NCBI GenBank assembly: GCA_002633005.1
Contig: NMRA01000012.1
Coordinates: 462,487 to 526,486 of the forward strand
Origin: Phoronis australis
Lineage: Eukaryota; Animalia; Phoronida
Direction: 5' to 3'
Length of the DNA: 64,000 nucleotides
Part shown: in pieces, positions 1 through 13,600 of the stretch
Position numbering within the stretch: position 1 is the stretch's first letter
Layout of the letters: every line of letters begins with the position of its first letter
The notes under the pieces: generated by a model
What the model was told of the DNA's origin: nothing
What the model saw: only the letters and a program-made list of their open reading frames with translations
Databases searched by the model: none
Translations under genes and position numbers: made by a program

Positions 1-714
1 CTGCACAACCCACCCTCTGCTGCTTGCAATTAGACCATTTGGAGGTCTTAAATAATTGTGGAACAAAATCAACATATTTTTGCTCAAGACATACAGCCTT
101 GCGCTTGGAAAACCAGCATGTGGTCTACTTGGAAGTACCAGATTAGCACCATGATGCTAAGGGAAGTGTGACAAAAAATACACCTGACTTCATGTCTCTC
201 AAAAATGGTTTATTAAACTAACTTAAAATAGAAAGCATCACCAGGCACAAGTGCAGGTCTTTTTCTCGTGAAATGTGGTTCATTTCTAGGATGAGTTGAA
301 ACTGTGGAGATTGGCTGTAATTGCCTTGCAATGATGGGAGTGGAACACCAGTTTTTTGCTTATTGCCAGCCAGAAATTTACCATAAAGTGTCTTTAATCT
401 GGAGCAAATAAATCTCAATTAACTATACACTGGGTTGCACATTTAGACGCCTGACAGGATTTTCGCTTGATTTGTAAATAATTTTCATAATTTGTTTCAC
501 TGCCTGAAACTAGTTGTGTGTGTGTGTGGGGGGGGGNATAGCAATACAATACTTATGCAATTGAGAAATTCGACCCCCAAGGCAATACCAAATCAAAACT
601 TACTCAATTTCAAGACTATATTGACCTTTGACCACCCCCAGTTGCTGCAAAGCAAAGTTACCCATCTGAGACGATACCACAAGGCTAAATTACCTACTGG
701 AGAAGATGCCTTAA

Positions 715-1218
715 GGGCCTTTCATATAAACGTTGATGCGTCGATGGTTTGGGGAGTTGCGGTCAGTATGAACGATTAACTTTGGTCCTGGATCGCAGTT
801 AACAGCTCATCGCAGTTAATAGGTGGATTTAACAGCGCAGCGTCGACGCTGTGGTGCAGTATGAACAGTCAACTTCGGTCCTATCGAAGTTATTGCCAGG
901 TGCTACTGTTATCAACAGTTACAGGGTATTGTCGTCGCTAATAGTTGCTTATATTTTGCTCTAATAATCACCAATTGATTTAAAACTAAGTCTTATGTCA
1001 ATTCGCACGTCATGTAAATGTTCCCAAATTGTCACTTTGAAAAAATCTTAGCGTGCAGCATTACCTTGTGATAACTTCGATGACGACAGCTTCACCTACC
1101 GCTTACTTCGAAGTTCATTAACTACCAAAGCCTGGAGTATGAATGGTCCAGTTAACTTCGCTGTTTACTTCGACGCTCCCGGAGCTTGGACCGAAGTTAA
1201 GTCAATATGAGAGGGCCT
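715..1218. mobile_element. Non-autonomous DNA transposon (MITE-like), TTAA-flanked
   Basis: TTAA at 711-714 and 1219-1222; imperfect TIRs gggcc-tttcatat / atatgagagggcct; internal repeated agtatgaa and aacttcg motifs in both orientations; CpG-rich relative to flanks. Confidence 0.55.
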
Positions 1219-4132
1219 TTAAAAGCAAAATGTTCAACTGAGTTGGCAATCCCTTCTATTGGAAAGCCCCTGTGGGTTTGTGTAGACTTTCGAATTTCTG
1301 TTTTAGGGTGGGTTATTCCGATTTGCCATCATGGGTGTTTCTCAAAGGTATTCTCCTAGGCTTGTTTCAGATTTACATTTGTACAAGTTTGTAAAACTCA
1401 AAATGAATTCACTTACAAGCTCATTCCAAACACTTATTCACAACATTATGTAATTTGTATTCAGATGTGAGACTACCCTTGCAAAAGATAAGAATGTTCC
1501 CATAATTCGCTAAATAATAAAAATGCCCTTGTGTCTATCAAATACAGCTGAGGTCAAAGCAGGATCTAACAATCGAGTGAGCGCATTCAATGAAAATTTA
1601 TGAGATACAGCATTCGTGATCATCCATTTGTCATCATTATGTTATAACATGCAATCATTAATATTGATTTGTAAATGTAATGTTTTATAATACATCAATC
1701 TCTCTTTATTTTGTGTTGAGTATACAACCCCAGTGAGTTATTACAATTAAAAGAAATCTCATGTCTGAGTTTTCGGTCTCTGATTGATAGTTTTTTATCA
1801 TTGTCTTATTACGTTTTACAATGATGTTTTAAAATATATTGTTACAAGCACTCTTATGGCTATGTGTAGTAGTTTATAGCTGTTTTTGCATTTACTAAAG
1901 ATGGCAAACTGGATCAGCACGAGACACTTGCACAAAGACTGTGTGCGCAATATGCTCGCTTAAACAATATAGCAAACGTTCAAAACATGGAATGCCAGTG
2001 GAGCACCCGTATATACGTTAATGCACACGCACATTGAAAGATGATCCCTTTCCACCTTGCCCCAGTTTTGTAGTTGAAACTGGAGCAATTGATCAAGTGC
2101 AATGTGCTCTACTTCTCAAACAGGTGTCAAAAATTGCTGACATGGTATCAACCTGCTCTGCCAGTCGTGTTTACGCTCACACTTGCGCCTCATCAGCTGT
2201 TCCGTGTTAGTTGCTCTGTGACAGTTGTCTCCCTTGTAAATGCAACTTTATGTATGGGAGTAAAGCAAGGCTCTGTAGTGTCTGGTTTCATATGTTTCTT
2301 TTAATTTCATACTCTTTGTATACAACATTTGATGCATTTTTATAAATGGGAAACTTCAACACAAAAAATGTCACATGGGCATGAGAATTCCTGGTCACCC
2401 TAACTGTTAAAGGAACTACCTGTGTTGCAGTGGTTGGCAAATTGGGCAACACTTTCGTCATATGGTTAGCATATGTAAGGCCTAATATTGACAAGCTCCA
2501 ACAAAACTATAGGTTTTAACTTTGGTAAATGTATTTCATTATTTTCAGAAAGTAAAATCCCTGAATTTTTTGTTTTGTGCAACTTATAAGATTTTTCAGA
2601 AAACTCATTTAAGTCCTAATTTTGGTAGCTTCTCATGCAAAAAGTGGAATGTTTTAAAGCAATTCCTAACAGCGGCTGATAGTGCATTAAGCATAGCATC
2701 TAAAAGTTTCATATGAACCCGATCAGCCATTTCTGAGATGTGAATTGTTCTGAAGTTTGAAGTGCAGGAACTAAACGAAAGTGCTGTTTTATCATGTTCT
2801 ACACTAAACAAAGTGCAGTTGTATTCATTGACAACTTGTAAGTGGTTTACTTACCGGATGTGGAAATTAGAAAGTTTGGAAGTTGAGACAAATCTTAGAC
2901 TCAAGTCAACAATGAACTTAAGTCAGTTTCTTGGAACGGTTCCCAGGTCTAAACTAGTAACTTCAAGAAGTCTATCCCATCCAATTATCAATAATCTAGC
3001 TGCAAAACTGGCAGATGTCCCTTTTACCAATACAGAAATGATACAATTCAGTTTGCCATATTATTGGTATGCACTGCCAAAAATTAAGATGCTCTGTCAG
3101 GGCTCTGTTAATGTTATTTAAGCTTGTGACAGGCATGCGTTTTAAAAAACTCTTAAGGTCATGAGAGTCATGAGTTTGGAAAGGCCATATGACTATTTAA
3201 CTTGTGACAGTCATGAGGTTCTGAAGACTGATTATAGAGCTTACGGTAATCATGAGTTGTCTCCAAAGGCTGTGGGAGTATTCACCTTCTGGAAACTTCA
3301 TAGGCCTCGTGACTGTTGAGCGTATAACTGTCACCAGTCTCTAATTTTTGCTTTTATGCTTGTGACTGTCGTGTGTCCGAGGTTTCTGTGGCTGTAATTT
3401 GTTAAGGTTTGTGTGTGAATCCCCCTTGGCATATAACATAATTTGTACAAGACGCGAACTACTGATGGATGTAAGGCCAGGGGAATTGGTCTATAATTGT
3501 GATTTGATTGTTAGTCATTACAACAGCAAAATGCCCATGGTTAGAAATTACAACTCAAAGGAGAAATATTTTCCTTGCTTCTAACATTGCTGTCAAACAC
3601 AAAAGCTAAATAAACCCAAAACCAAAATTTGGCTTACGAAAACGTGAAACTCATGCCTGGTTCACATAAGGTGTGGCAACACTTGCTGAAATGATTACAC
3701 GTTTCAACGAGGTGGACAAGCTGTCTGCAAAGAGGTCATTTTCGATTGTATGAAGTTTGTTCCTTCACAACTTGAATCACCTTTAAGCAAAGAATGATGT
3801 CCAGAGGCGTTGAATCTCTGCTATAAATTAATTAATGGGACAATGAACAAAGGCCTCTTATCCCTGCTCATGTGTGTCCTTTGAATTAAATGATATGGCC
3901 AAAAAAAGTTGCTTGCGAAATATGTCAGCAGTTTTGTAGTAACTCAAACCACTTGCGAAAGTGACATTTATAACCATTCACATGACGGCGTTTTTGTTAC
4001 TTGTGAAATTGCTTGCCAGTTTGTGAACGGGATGTTAGCAAATTAGGGATATTGATGTTTAACTTTAATCAGTGGAAGTTTGAAACGATTAATGTCATTC
4101 TAACTTTGTCTATTCATTGTTCTTTGTTGCAG

Positions 4133-4620
4133 ACGAGACAGATGACTGTGTAACTGTACCATCCACTAAGAAAGTCACATGGTCATCAAAACTTGGTGTC
4201 AAAGGTCGAGCTGGAAGGTCACGAAATGCACGCGAACAGTCCAGTAGTGACACCGAGTCTGACTTACAGAGTGATTCTGACCACTATCATACACCTCTTT
4301 CTCGCTCTCCCCTGGGCAGTCTGACTGAAATACGTGAAGTGGCAGAACCCACGTCACCACAGACCTCTCCTGGAATCTCCCCGCGTTCACTCTCTCGTAG
4401 AATATCTTTGTCTCGGCGTAGTTCTGTTGGACGGACGAAAAGCTTCAATCCCAAACTTCTCCAGAAGCCTGTCATCACAGTCACCGCAGCTGGGTCAGAA
4501 CCTGAATACAAGGAACTTCAGAGTCTCAGAGAAGCAGGCATGTTGCATGAAGATGAGACTGCCTTATTGCCAAGAAGTTTGACAGATTCAAACATAGCTT
4601 ATGCTAATTCAGAAGAACAG
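4133..4620 (+). CDS. unc80: UNC80 exon 1 (window numbering), Ser/Arg-rich, ends LPRSLTDSNIAYANSEEQ
   Basis: ttgttgcag|AC acceptor, CAG|gtgcgt donor; phase 1/0. Confidence 0.85.
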
Positions 4621-7600
4621 GTGCGTTATTTTTTTCTCGTGTTATGCATAATCAATCAAAGTATGTAAAGAATGGGGTTTTGGATACCATGTCGTTTTTA
4701 TTTAACTGCCTATCATTTTACTTTTGCTTGTATCAACAAGTTGCAATTTTAAAAATTAAATCTAGTTTTGTTTTACTAAAATGTTTTTTCTGCGTAATCT
4801 TTGTATGAGTTCAAACCAATTGCTCCTTGTTCCATCAACAGTATTTCACCATCTAGGCTGTTAATTAAGAATGTTACTTAGAACAATATTATTTACCATT
4901 TTATGACTAGCAGTAAATTACGCCTTGCAGTCTGTAAAAATGATTGAAGTTTACCGTTTTTGTGGTAGTTAGTGTCTGGATTGTGTAAGGAAACTAAGTT
5001 TATTTCCAGCCTGTTCTCTGATGCTGAATTCTGGTTGTTTTTGGAATGTGTACAGTTTCTAACATATAGCATATGTCTGCCAAAATTTTTTGACGCACTT
5101 TTTTATCAGTGACTGTCTAATATCGGTTTCATGCAAAATGATTTATGCAATTTGGTGGATTTCTCACAATCCCATGTACAAATATGTGCCTCTGTACCTT
5201 GCAGTTATATATTCACGCTCAAGAATGTTGTCTAATGAAATTTACACAGAACTCAAATAGCCATCTGTTTCCACGGCAACACTGTTTGCAGCAGCTGAAC
5301 CTGAAGTGATTATCTAGATTTGCTAGGATACCATCATTTTATCAGAATTATGTCCTGTGTATTATCAATTTAGGATAAAGGTTTTCGCATATTGTTTCAA
5401 TCAGTTTCTGGCACTTATCGTATTAAGTTATTTTTTGTTGAGAAATTATCAAAATTGAGGAGTATATCTATGCAATTGTGCCAGATGTGTAACAGGAACA
5501 CTGTAAAACTGTTAATCTCAGGTGAAAAGTTTACAGTTCGAGATTTTTTAGTGTCACTGTTGTCAGTTACTTATTTCTTCAACAGTTGAATTTATGACCC
5601 TTCTCCCAGCATGTTAATCATATTTGCATTAAAGATGTGCGACAATTCACAAAAATAATTGCCAAAATAGTCATTTTTCCATTTTCAAAGACCGATAACT
5701 TTGTTTTGCAAATAATGGGAGTTGTTTTATGCGCACTACAATCAGTGCTTGTAATAGTCTAAAATGTTCATAGTCTTTACTTTTGTGAAAAATGTAACGA
5801 AATATAATGTCCCTTGTCGGCCTTGTGGGCTAAATAAGTGAAAAATTGACCTGCCAGGTTTTCCTTTCATGTTTTAAAAATATTAATTATCTTGATGACT
5901 GCATTCCAATTCTGTTACATTTTCATTCGATGCATGATTTTTAGTTATCGATTTTATAATTATGACAGTCAGACAGATTTACTTCCTCAACGTCTCTTTT
6001 TTTCTTCATCTCCGCTTATTAAATGTGTAAATGAAAATGTGTACTTGATTGAAGTGGTAAAAGGGAAATTAAGTGTTTCCTGTCCTGTTTGGCATTTCTT
6101 TTATGTTCGGGGTGCTGCTCGATGATATTGCGTATAGTTTGATATACACGAGAGAATTCTGCATGAAGTGACATTCATCTGCTTGAATTCATCGTCTGCT
6201 TGTGTTGGTCATCGGCTACTCTATTGCTACAGGAAGTAATTGGTCTTGTAAAGTAATGGACGTGACAAAGTCAATAAGAAAAGCAGGAGATGGTTCTATT
6301 GTAGGTTTTTATTGTGCTCCATGTTGGCAGTGTCAGTTGCAAGTGCAATAAGGATTGAAACTTCATACTTTTACATAACATGTATTGTGGAAAATATTAC
6401 AAGTTGTATTGTGTACAATCTTGAGTTCGTTTCTTTACCTGCTTTTTTCTTAATCATGAGAAACTTGGTCTTTCTCATTTTTGACTTCAGTTGTTGAGCT
6501 TTACTGATCATATAAACTAACATTTCTCCATAAAAAAATGATGAAGGGGAAGAATTTGGTTTTGGTGTTGGCACAAGTGTCCAAAATATTACACTACACT
6601 ATGTATTGTTAGCTTTTTGGGCTTCTTCCTAAAGACCTTTGACTTCCTGGTTTCAACACAAAACATTTGCTGGTATTTTAAATTCTGAAACTAACATTAT
6701 CCATTCTTGTCTTTTTTATACCAGGCTGTTAATGCTATTTGACTATCACTCTTCCCTTATACCTGAGAGGCAGTTATTCTTTCTCCCAGTCACCTCACTG
6801 CTTATCATGTTGTGACAAGACATGACAACCAACTGTGAACTTTAAAAGTTGGACAATTGACAGCTGCTAGAGTGTTTGATGTAAACTGTTAAAGTTAACT
6901 TCCCCAATACTGGCGCACAGCTGCTACTTTCCATGCAGTCCATCTCCACATTTATATATGCGTGTGAAAAAATTACAATATTTACCCAGGTCAATTACCT
7001 GGTCATTGAATGTGGGAACTCAAAAATCATATAGGTGCTAAACAAGGAATGTACATTTAAAAACATTTTTTGATGTCAGTTGTAGGTGTTTCAGTGGAGG
7101 GCTGATTTTTCTGAATGCACAAGGGTTACATTTTTGCCAATTTCTTAACATGCAGGAGTTATGTAAAACATTACCTCAATAGTACACACCCAGGTAAGAT
7201 TGCACGAGAATGTTCAAAATCTCATCAGTACAAGAATTTCTGTTTGTCATTGTTGCTGGACATGATGCATACATTTTTGTTTATAATCTGTGTTAAAATT
7301 TGGGCAAAAGTCAGTGATACTTGTGTATGTATGACTGAACTTATCTGTGTTCTGTTTATGAAGGTTTACATAGACGTCCTAACCTAAGTTCCCAACACTC
7401 TAATACAAGCATGGGTGAGCTCATAGTTAGACTTGGGTCTTTAATGGGGGGTTAATTTGCATGAAAATGGTGTCCAGTCATTCTATACCATTCTGTCTGA
7501 GTTATAAGCAGTGAAGAACTTAATTTTAAAAAAATGTTGGTTCTATGTAGGTCACCGAAGCTGCTGGTTCCGTTCATTACATCACTATGGAGGGCCACCT

Positions 7601-10600
7601 CAATCTACCAGTGGTTCTCAAGGCTGTCCGTGCTGTTGCCTCGACTCGGATCAGTGGAAAGATCTGTGAACTCCTTTTGAATATAATGGATGCACTTCTT
7701 GACCTCGAGGCAGTGGAGAAGAAGAAGGATACAAAGAAGAAGGATGAGGAAAATGGCGGGAAACAGGAAAGAAAAAAGCTAGAAGAATCTCAACTTTTGA
7801 GTGCACACAACTTGGCCATGGATGTTTTGATAAGGTAATGAGTGTTAAGTATGAAATTTTCTTTGTGCACTAAGATTTTTTAGTCTTATCTTGGACTGGA
7901 GTGTCTGTGAAACGTGAGGTTGTGTTGCAAGCATTAGTTCAAAAGACGTGAACCGATAGTTACCACTAACAGCGTTTATAGATCGAACTAGACAATTATT
8001 CACGTAAGCAGTAATGTACTTGAGCATAGAATAATAGACTCTTATCCTGAGTTCGCATGGAAGTAAAAAATGCTAAAAATAATTTTAAGTTTGATTTCAA
8101 GTACAAAGATTAGAACCCGGAGCTTGATGAGGACTAGAGTGTCTAGTCTACTACTGCCATAGCAGTAATAAATGAGTATGGGGAGTTTGATGTGAGATAC
8201 ATGAGACAACTCTTATGCTAACATTTGATGTTTTGTTACCCCAACGCTTAAGGGAGCCTGAGCCAGACTGTGACTAACTTGTTCTAATTGATACACAAGT
8301 TAATGCTCGAGGCTTAGCCGAGATGCTGACGAAAACCTACCATCTTTGGTAATTTCTCTTATAATGCATCAATTTAAAAAATTCAAAGACGGCTGCTATT
8401 TTTAAAAACAGTCATGTTGCTGGTTTGCCTTACTTAAAGTTCATTTCTTGACTTTGAAATTTGTACGCTAAACAGGCATGTTGGTTTATGACTGCAGTTA
8501 TATCTCATCCAGCACATTCAGCTAAGCCCATGAGAAGCGACTAGCTCACTTCAATCCGTGATGGCGCCATCAAGCTTTTGATGTGCCGGAGACTTTGGTG
8601 GATACTCTAGGGTGTAAACAATACACGCTTTCTCGTCCACTGGCATACAAATCCTGACAGTGTAAGATTTTCCTAATGAATTTTTAACTCTAAAATCCCA
8701 CTTTGGGTTGATGTCACAATAAAAGGACCTTAGTGATCAACAGAAAATCTTGACTTCAGCAGATTGAGACCAAGCGTAATACCGTAATCGTTTTGGTTAA
8801 CGCCCATGCTCAGTTAACCGCCCACCCCCGACTTAAGTGAATTTTCGATTTAACCGCCCACTGCCTGGTTAACCGCCCCCCCTGCGATTTTTGAAGATTT
8901 CCAGTTAAGCGCCCACCTCTCGATTAAGCGCCCATCCCCGACTTTTAAAGAATGAAGATTTAGCGCCTAGTGCTAAGGAAACGGGCGATTCCCCGACTTT
9001 TAGAAAAAGATCGATGATCACAATGAGTGCAACGACGCCGGGACTCCGAGACGGTGGTTTAGCAATCTGAATTACAATACAGGTAACGAGTTATTGTCTT
9101 GGGTCATGAACTCATTTCAAAATATAATACTTGAACCTTTTTGTCACTTTATTTTCTTCCCTTGTTTGCAAAGTTTAAGAACGCCGCCGGCGTCAAANGA
9201 ACTGAGTCTTTCGTAACAACAGCTTAAAAGTACATAGTCACGCCCGTTTTTGTTTCTTCGTCGGATTGTCGCTATGTGTGACTGTTTTGTAGTGGTGCAC
9301 GTGCGCAAGTTCCCACACTTTGGAGTGCATGTTACCTTGACACCAACATGTGATTGACAGGTGACTCACACGTAGGCCCTACGTGCGTGCTAAATACCAC
9401 CACTATCTTTGGCCATAAAAAACGAGATGCATATTGAAAGAGGCCGTTATATTACTTGACGGCATTTCCTAGTCACGATTGTCAGCCGACTGAGACATTG
9501 CGCGATAACAGCGGGACCGAACAGTGCCACAGTGCGATATTACGAGTGATATAAATAGGATAATCTGGACACCTTGCATGAAAAATAAATGTTTTTCCAC
9601 CACGAAGTTTGGTAAGGTGGTCGTTTAGAATAATGAATTGAAACATTGTTGTTTTCTGACATTTTGTAACATATTTATGCAGTTGCTTGAAATTTTATTC
9701 TTGATCGACGACTGGCTCGACCACCCCCGATCCTTGTCTTACTTCTTTGCATAGCATGTTTGGCGCAACGGCAAGAGAGCAATGCCGGGCTGTCGAGATC
9801 AGACAGCTAGCCGCAGAACCATACGCTGAAAATGTCATTGAGTCATGGAGTGTCGACTATAACATCCCAAACACAAAAAACAGCAGAGTTAAGTTTTTCA
9901 AACTTTTATTACAACCAATTTTAAAACTGCTCTCTGACTCAGAACTTGACAGCTACATATAGTACGAGACTGTAACCATAAATTTGATGTCTGACCTCTG
10001 CAACACGTGAGGCTTGCACGCGCGCACTTAAGCAGGGTCACATCTTGAAACAGTTTTAATTCTAGTGAAGGCTGCGTGGTCACCGGTCGTCTGCGCACCG
10101 CAGGACAGCACGGGGCTATTACTCAGCAATTTTGTAAATTTAATAGTGAATGACTAATCTGAGGGCAAGAGAACCTTTGTTGGGATCATCCGCTGTTATG
10201 ACGTTTTCACAGTCATTTGGCGACGTGACGATAAAGCTCTTTGAAAAGGTCTACGCGTTCCGAGTATGATTGTCGTGTCGGGATTTAGATTGCCAGGTAA
10301 GATTAACCGCCCAGGGCGGTTATCTGTCGTAATAAGCGCCCATGTTCGGTTAACCGCCCATCCCCTACTTTAGGTGGATTTTCGATTTAACCGCCCACTG
10401 CTCGGTTAACCGCCCTCCCTCGATTTTTTGGATTCGCCAATTTAACCGCAAAGGGAATCTCAGCTGTGTGTAAATGACTGAGAAATTCTCCACATGTAGG
10501 AAACAGGGGGGGGGGGGGATCTTGTTGTTAGACTATGCTTCTCTTCATCAACCAGGAATACTGGTGTCGCCCTCCACCCTTGATGTCACAAATGTTGATC

Positions 10601-13600
10601 TGAGTGCCTATTGTGTGGTACAGAGGACTTATCGCATTAGTGATCCATACAGGGCAATAAAATACTGGCTGAAATGAACTGAAATGGCAAGGACAGAAAA
10701 TAGCATTTGTTTAATGTGTTTGGCTTCTGAAATTGAATTCCTCGTGAAAAGTTAGTGTAAAATCTTTCTTTCGTGGCAGGAAGAAATATGATAAAAATTG
10801 GTAAAAAAGCTGTGATGGGTTTTTATGTGCTGACAACAGTTTTGTGGATGTTTACATTAATGAATTCATTCTGCGTGGTGCATCCTGACATCGGACAAAA
10901 TACTGAGACTGGCCATTAACGAAAGAAAAATTGATATCAAGCCTCTGAAAACTGGTATCGTCTGGAATATGGACTAAACAGGAGTTAGTTGTATTGTTTA
11001 ATGTGAGCGGCATATTTTGTATAGCCCACCTTGATTGAACAATATCCTTTTGTTAAAGGATTGGTTGCTGCAGCTAATCTTGTCATGTGGCTCCTTCTTA
11101 CTGCCACTTAGTAAATCAGGCAAGACTTAATATCGATCCTCGATTATTCTAATAAATCTACAGTACACGCCAAAAGTATTCAGACAAAATAACCCACAAT
11201 TCCCCCTCATGCCAGCTAGGCGGAAGCCAAATTCATCGTCAGAGAAGTCTTCACTCATGACCAATGATGGAGAATTAAGAGTAAAGTTAGTAAGGAGGCT
11301 AAGTCATGCTGTAATTAGAATTTTGCTGCTGTAATTGCTATTATCAGTCATTTTTACTGAACAAGGCGTCAGAATTGGTAAATGGTATTTTGTCTGATTG
11401 CTTTTATCTTCTTCTGTACTTGGGTACAGAGAGCTGAAAATCTTGAATTCATTGATGTCTGCAATAGGTATAATAAATATGATCTATGAGTGTCAATGTT
11501 GTCATGCTGTTATTTTCTAGTTCTTTCATAAATCCATAATTTGGAACACCTGTTTTCTATTTGGATGCTTTTGAGGGCAGGTTTCTACTTTTACCATAGT
11601 TGCCTAAATTGTGAACGTATTGTACCATCCAGAGAATCACAGAAATGAAGTGTCTGGAATGAAACTTCCAAAATCGTGAAAACCACTCTTCTTTGCTGAT
11701 TAGGGAACAACGTCAAAGACCACAACCCCATTCTCTAAATACTGAAAAACAGTCTTTGGAATATATTGATTGTTATTTACATTTACGTTTGCATTCATGT
11801 TAGTTGCTTTTGCAAAAATTAGATTTGTTAAAGGTACAGGTTTGATACACTACTTTGCATTATCTAGCTAAGATCCCCGGAGAAGTAATTCTATTCCCGC
11901 GTCTTATGAAAGAGTAATTTTGCTTGTTCCGTGACAAATTTGCAAATACTTTGTTTTACTGCTGATTCTCCAGAGAAATCAACAAGACCAGGGCGAATTG
12001 GTTTCTAGGAGACATTTCAGATAATGAAATAGTCCTTTTGCATTAATGTGTGTTTATATGGCATTATAGCTGGGCATTCTTGCATAAATTGCTATGGTGA
12101 GGCAGATTTCTGTGGCTAGTTGAGATTAGCTTCAAGCCTATTGTAGAGTGACCAGGAAGGCCTATTGTGAAATTGATACCCACAAGGGTTTAGGGTTTTA
12201 TGGCTTGACTAGTAGATTTATCTGTCTGTTTGATTGTTTGTTCTGAAGAGATTGTTTTCCAAAAATTTCAGACATGAAAGTTCCTTGATTGATTTTGTAA
12301 TGGACTGAAGAAATTAGAAAGTTACGGATACAGCATTTATCATCTGCTGCTGTGATATTAAATTTTTACATAATTACAAACCTAATAGAGACTGTTCTGT
12401 ATGAATCATCATGGTTGTGAAGTTTGAGCACCTAACATAGGAGACTGTTTTGTATGAATCATCGTTTGCAAAAAGTGATTTATTAATGAATATTTAACTT
12501 AAAACAGGATGACTTGAATATTAATTATTTACCAAGGGGGTATGGTTTAGGTTGTTTCCTAACCCATCAAATTCATTTTCGAGTCTACTAGTGAGGTACC
12601 TTGGTTAAAGGTAGCAGATGTGTGCTTTGAAGTATTGGCTAGTGATTATGCTTAAGTCACATCTTACGGTGCTGCTTATTTTTGTACAAGGAACTTCTTG
12701 CACTAAATACAAAAAAATATACGTAATTGCTTTGTGAGTTATGGACTTTTCATCCCTGGATTATAAAATGTCACTCGTTGTCAAGGTAATTTAGAATTTA
12801 AATACTACGGTTATATTGTACCAGCTTTCATCTGTCTCTAACACATCTGTGACCCAGAATTGATGTACTTCCTTTGTAAAACTACTGGCCACAGATGTTA
12901 TACCAGCACATCCCTGGCCATTAATTCTAACTTTGACGTCTGTACACATGGTGCATTTTCGTTCTTGCATACCTCAAACTTCCACTCTACTCAGTTACCA
13001 TAGAGGTCACATAGCAAATTTAAATAGTCACATATTGTATAGGATTATATCTATTTTTCATTGCTATTCATAATTGTTCGTTATGCTCCAAGTTTGGAAG
13101 TTGTTAAGAATGGCTTTAGTTGGTTTAAAAAATGTGTATGTATATTGAGTAAATGCTTGTGCCATCATACCTTTCCATCCGTCCACTTGTCATCGGGCAT
13201 CTGGCGACCGCTGCTGTATGTCCAAAAGTCCTCGATGTATGCTATTGAAATTTTGCAGACATGTTCCTATCATGGATGGGGTAGAACAAGTGAATTTTCA
13301 GATGGATCTGACTACTGCTGTTCCCGCTAGTGTCAATTTTAGGTGTTTATATTTGCTCTGTATCTTCAGAATTCCTGGAGGGATTTCCATGAAATGTTTC
13401 AAATAGGTGTCTTGAAGCATATGATGAGGTTTTTCCATTTTCAGATGGATTTGAGATATTCTGTGTGACGTAGTGACTGTTTTCACTGTTTCCGAGTCTG
13501 TTTCTGTTGTCTACCTCTTTATTCGCCTAACTGCTCAAAGAATCATAAAGAAAATTGGCAGATGAGGTGATCAGCATTGATTTTAATTTTCAACTAGCTC

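Noticed and set aside
514-537. (GT)n then G-run ending in N, as a G-quadruplex or regulatory element
   Set aside because: Sits at an ambiguous base, likely a contig end; length is unreliable.
3120-3380. Degenerate cttgtgacagtcatgag motif cluster
   Set aside because: Too decayed to define a unit or boundaries; probably an old repeat.
6233-6300. Exon-like segment (ctacag|GAAG...ATT|gtaggt) in intron 1
   Set aside because: In the required phase 0 it contains TAA and it is 68 nt long; exons 1 and 2 already join cleanly. A poison exon cannot be excluded without RNA data.
9747-10098. Transposase ORF inside the element remnant
   Set aside because: Only short ORFs with no DDE or HTH signature that I can recognise.
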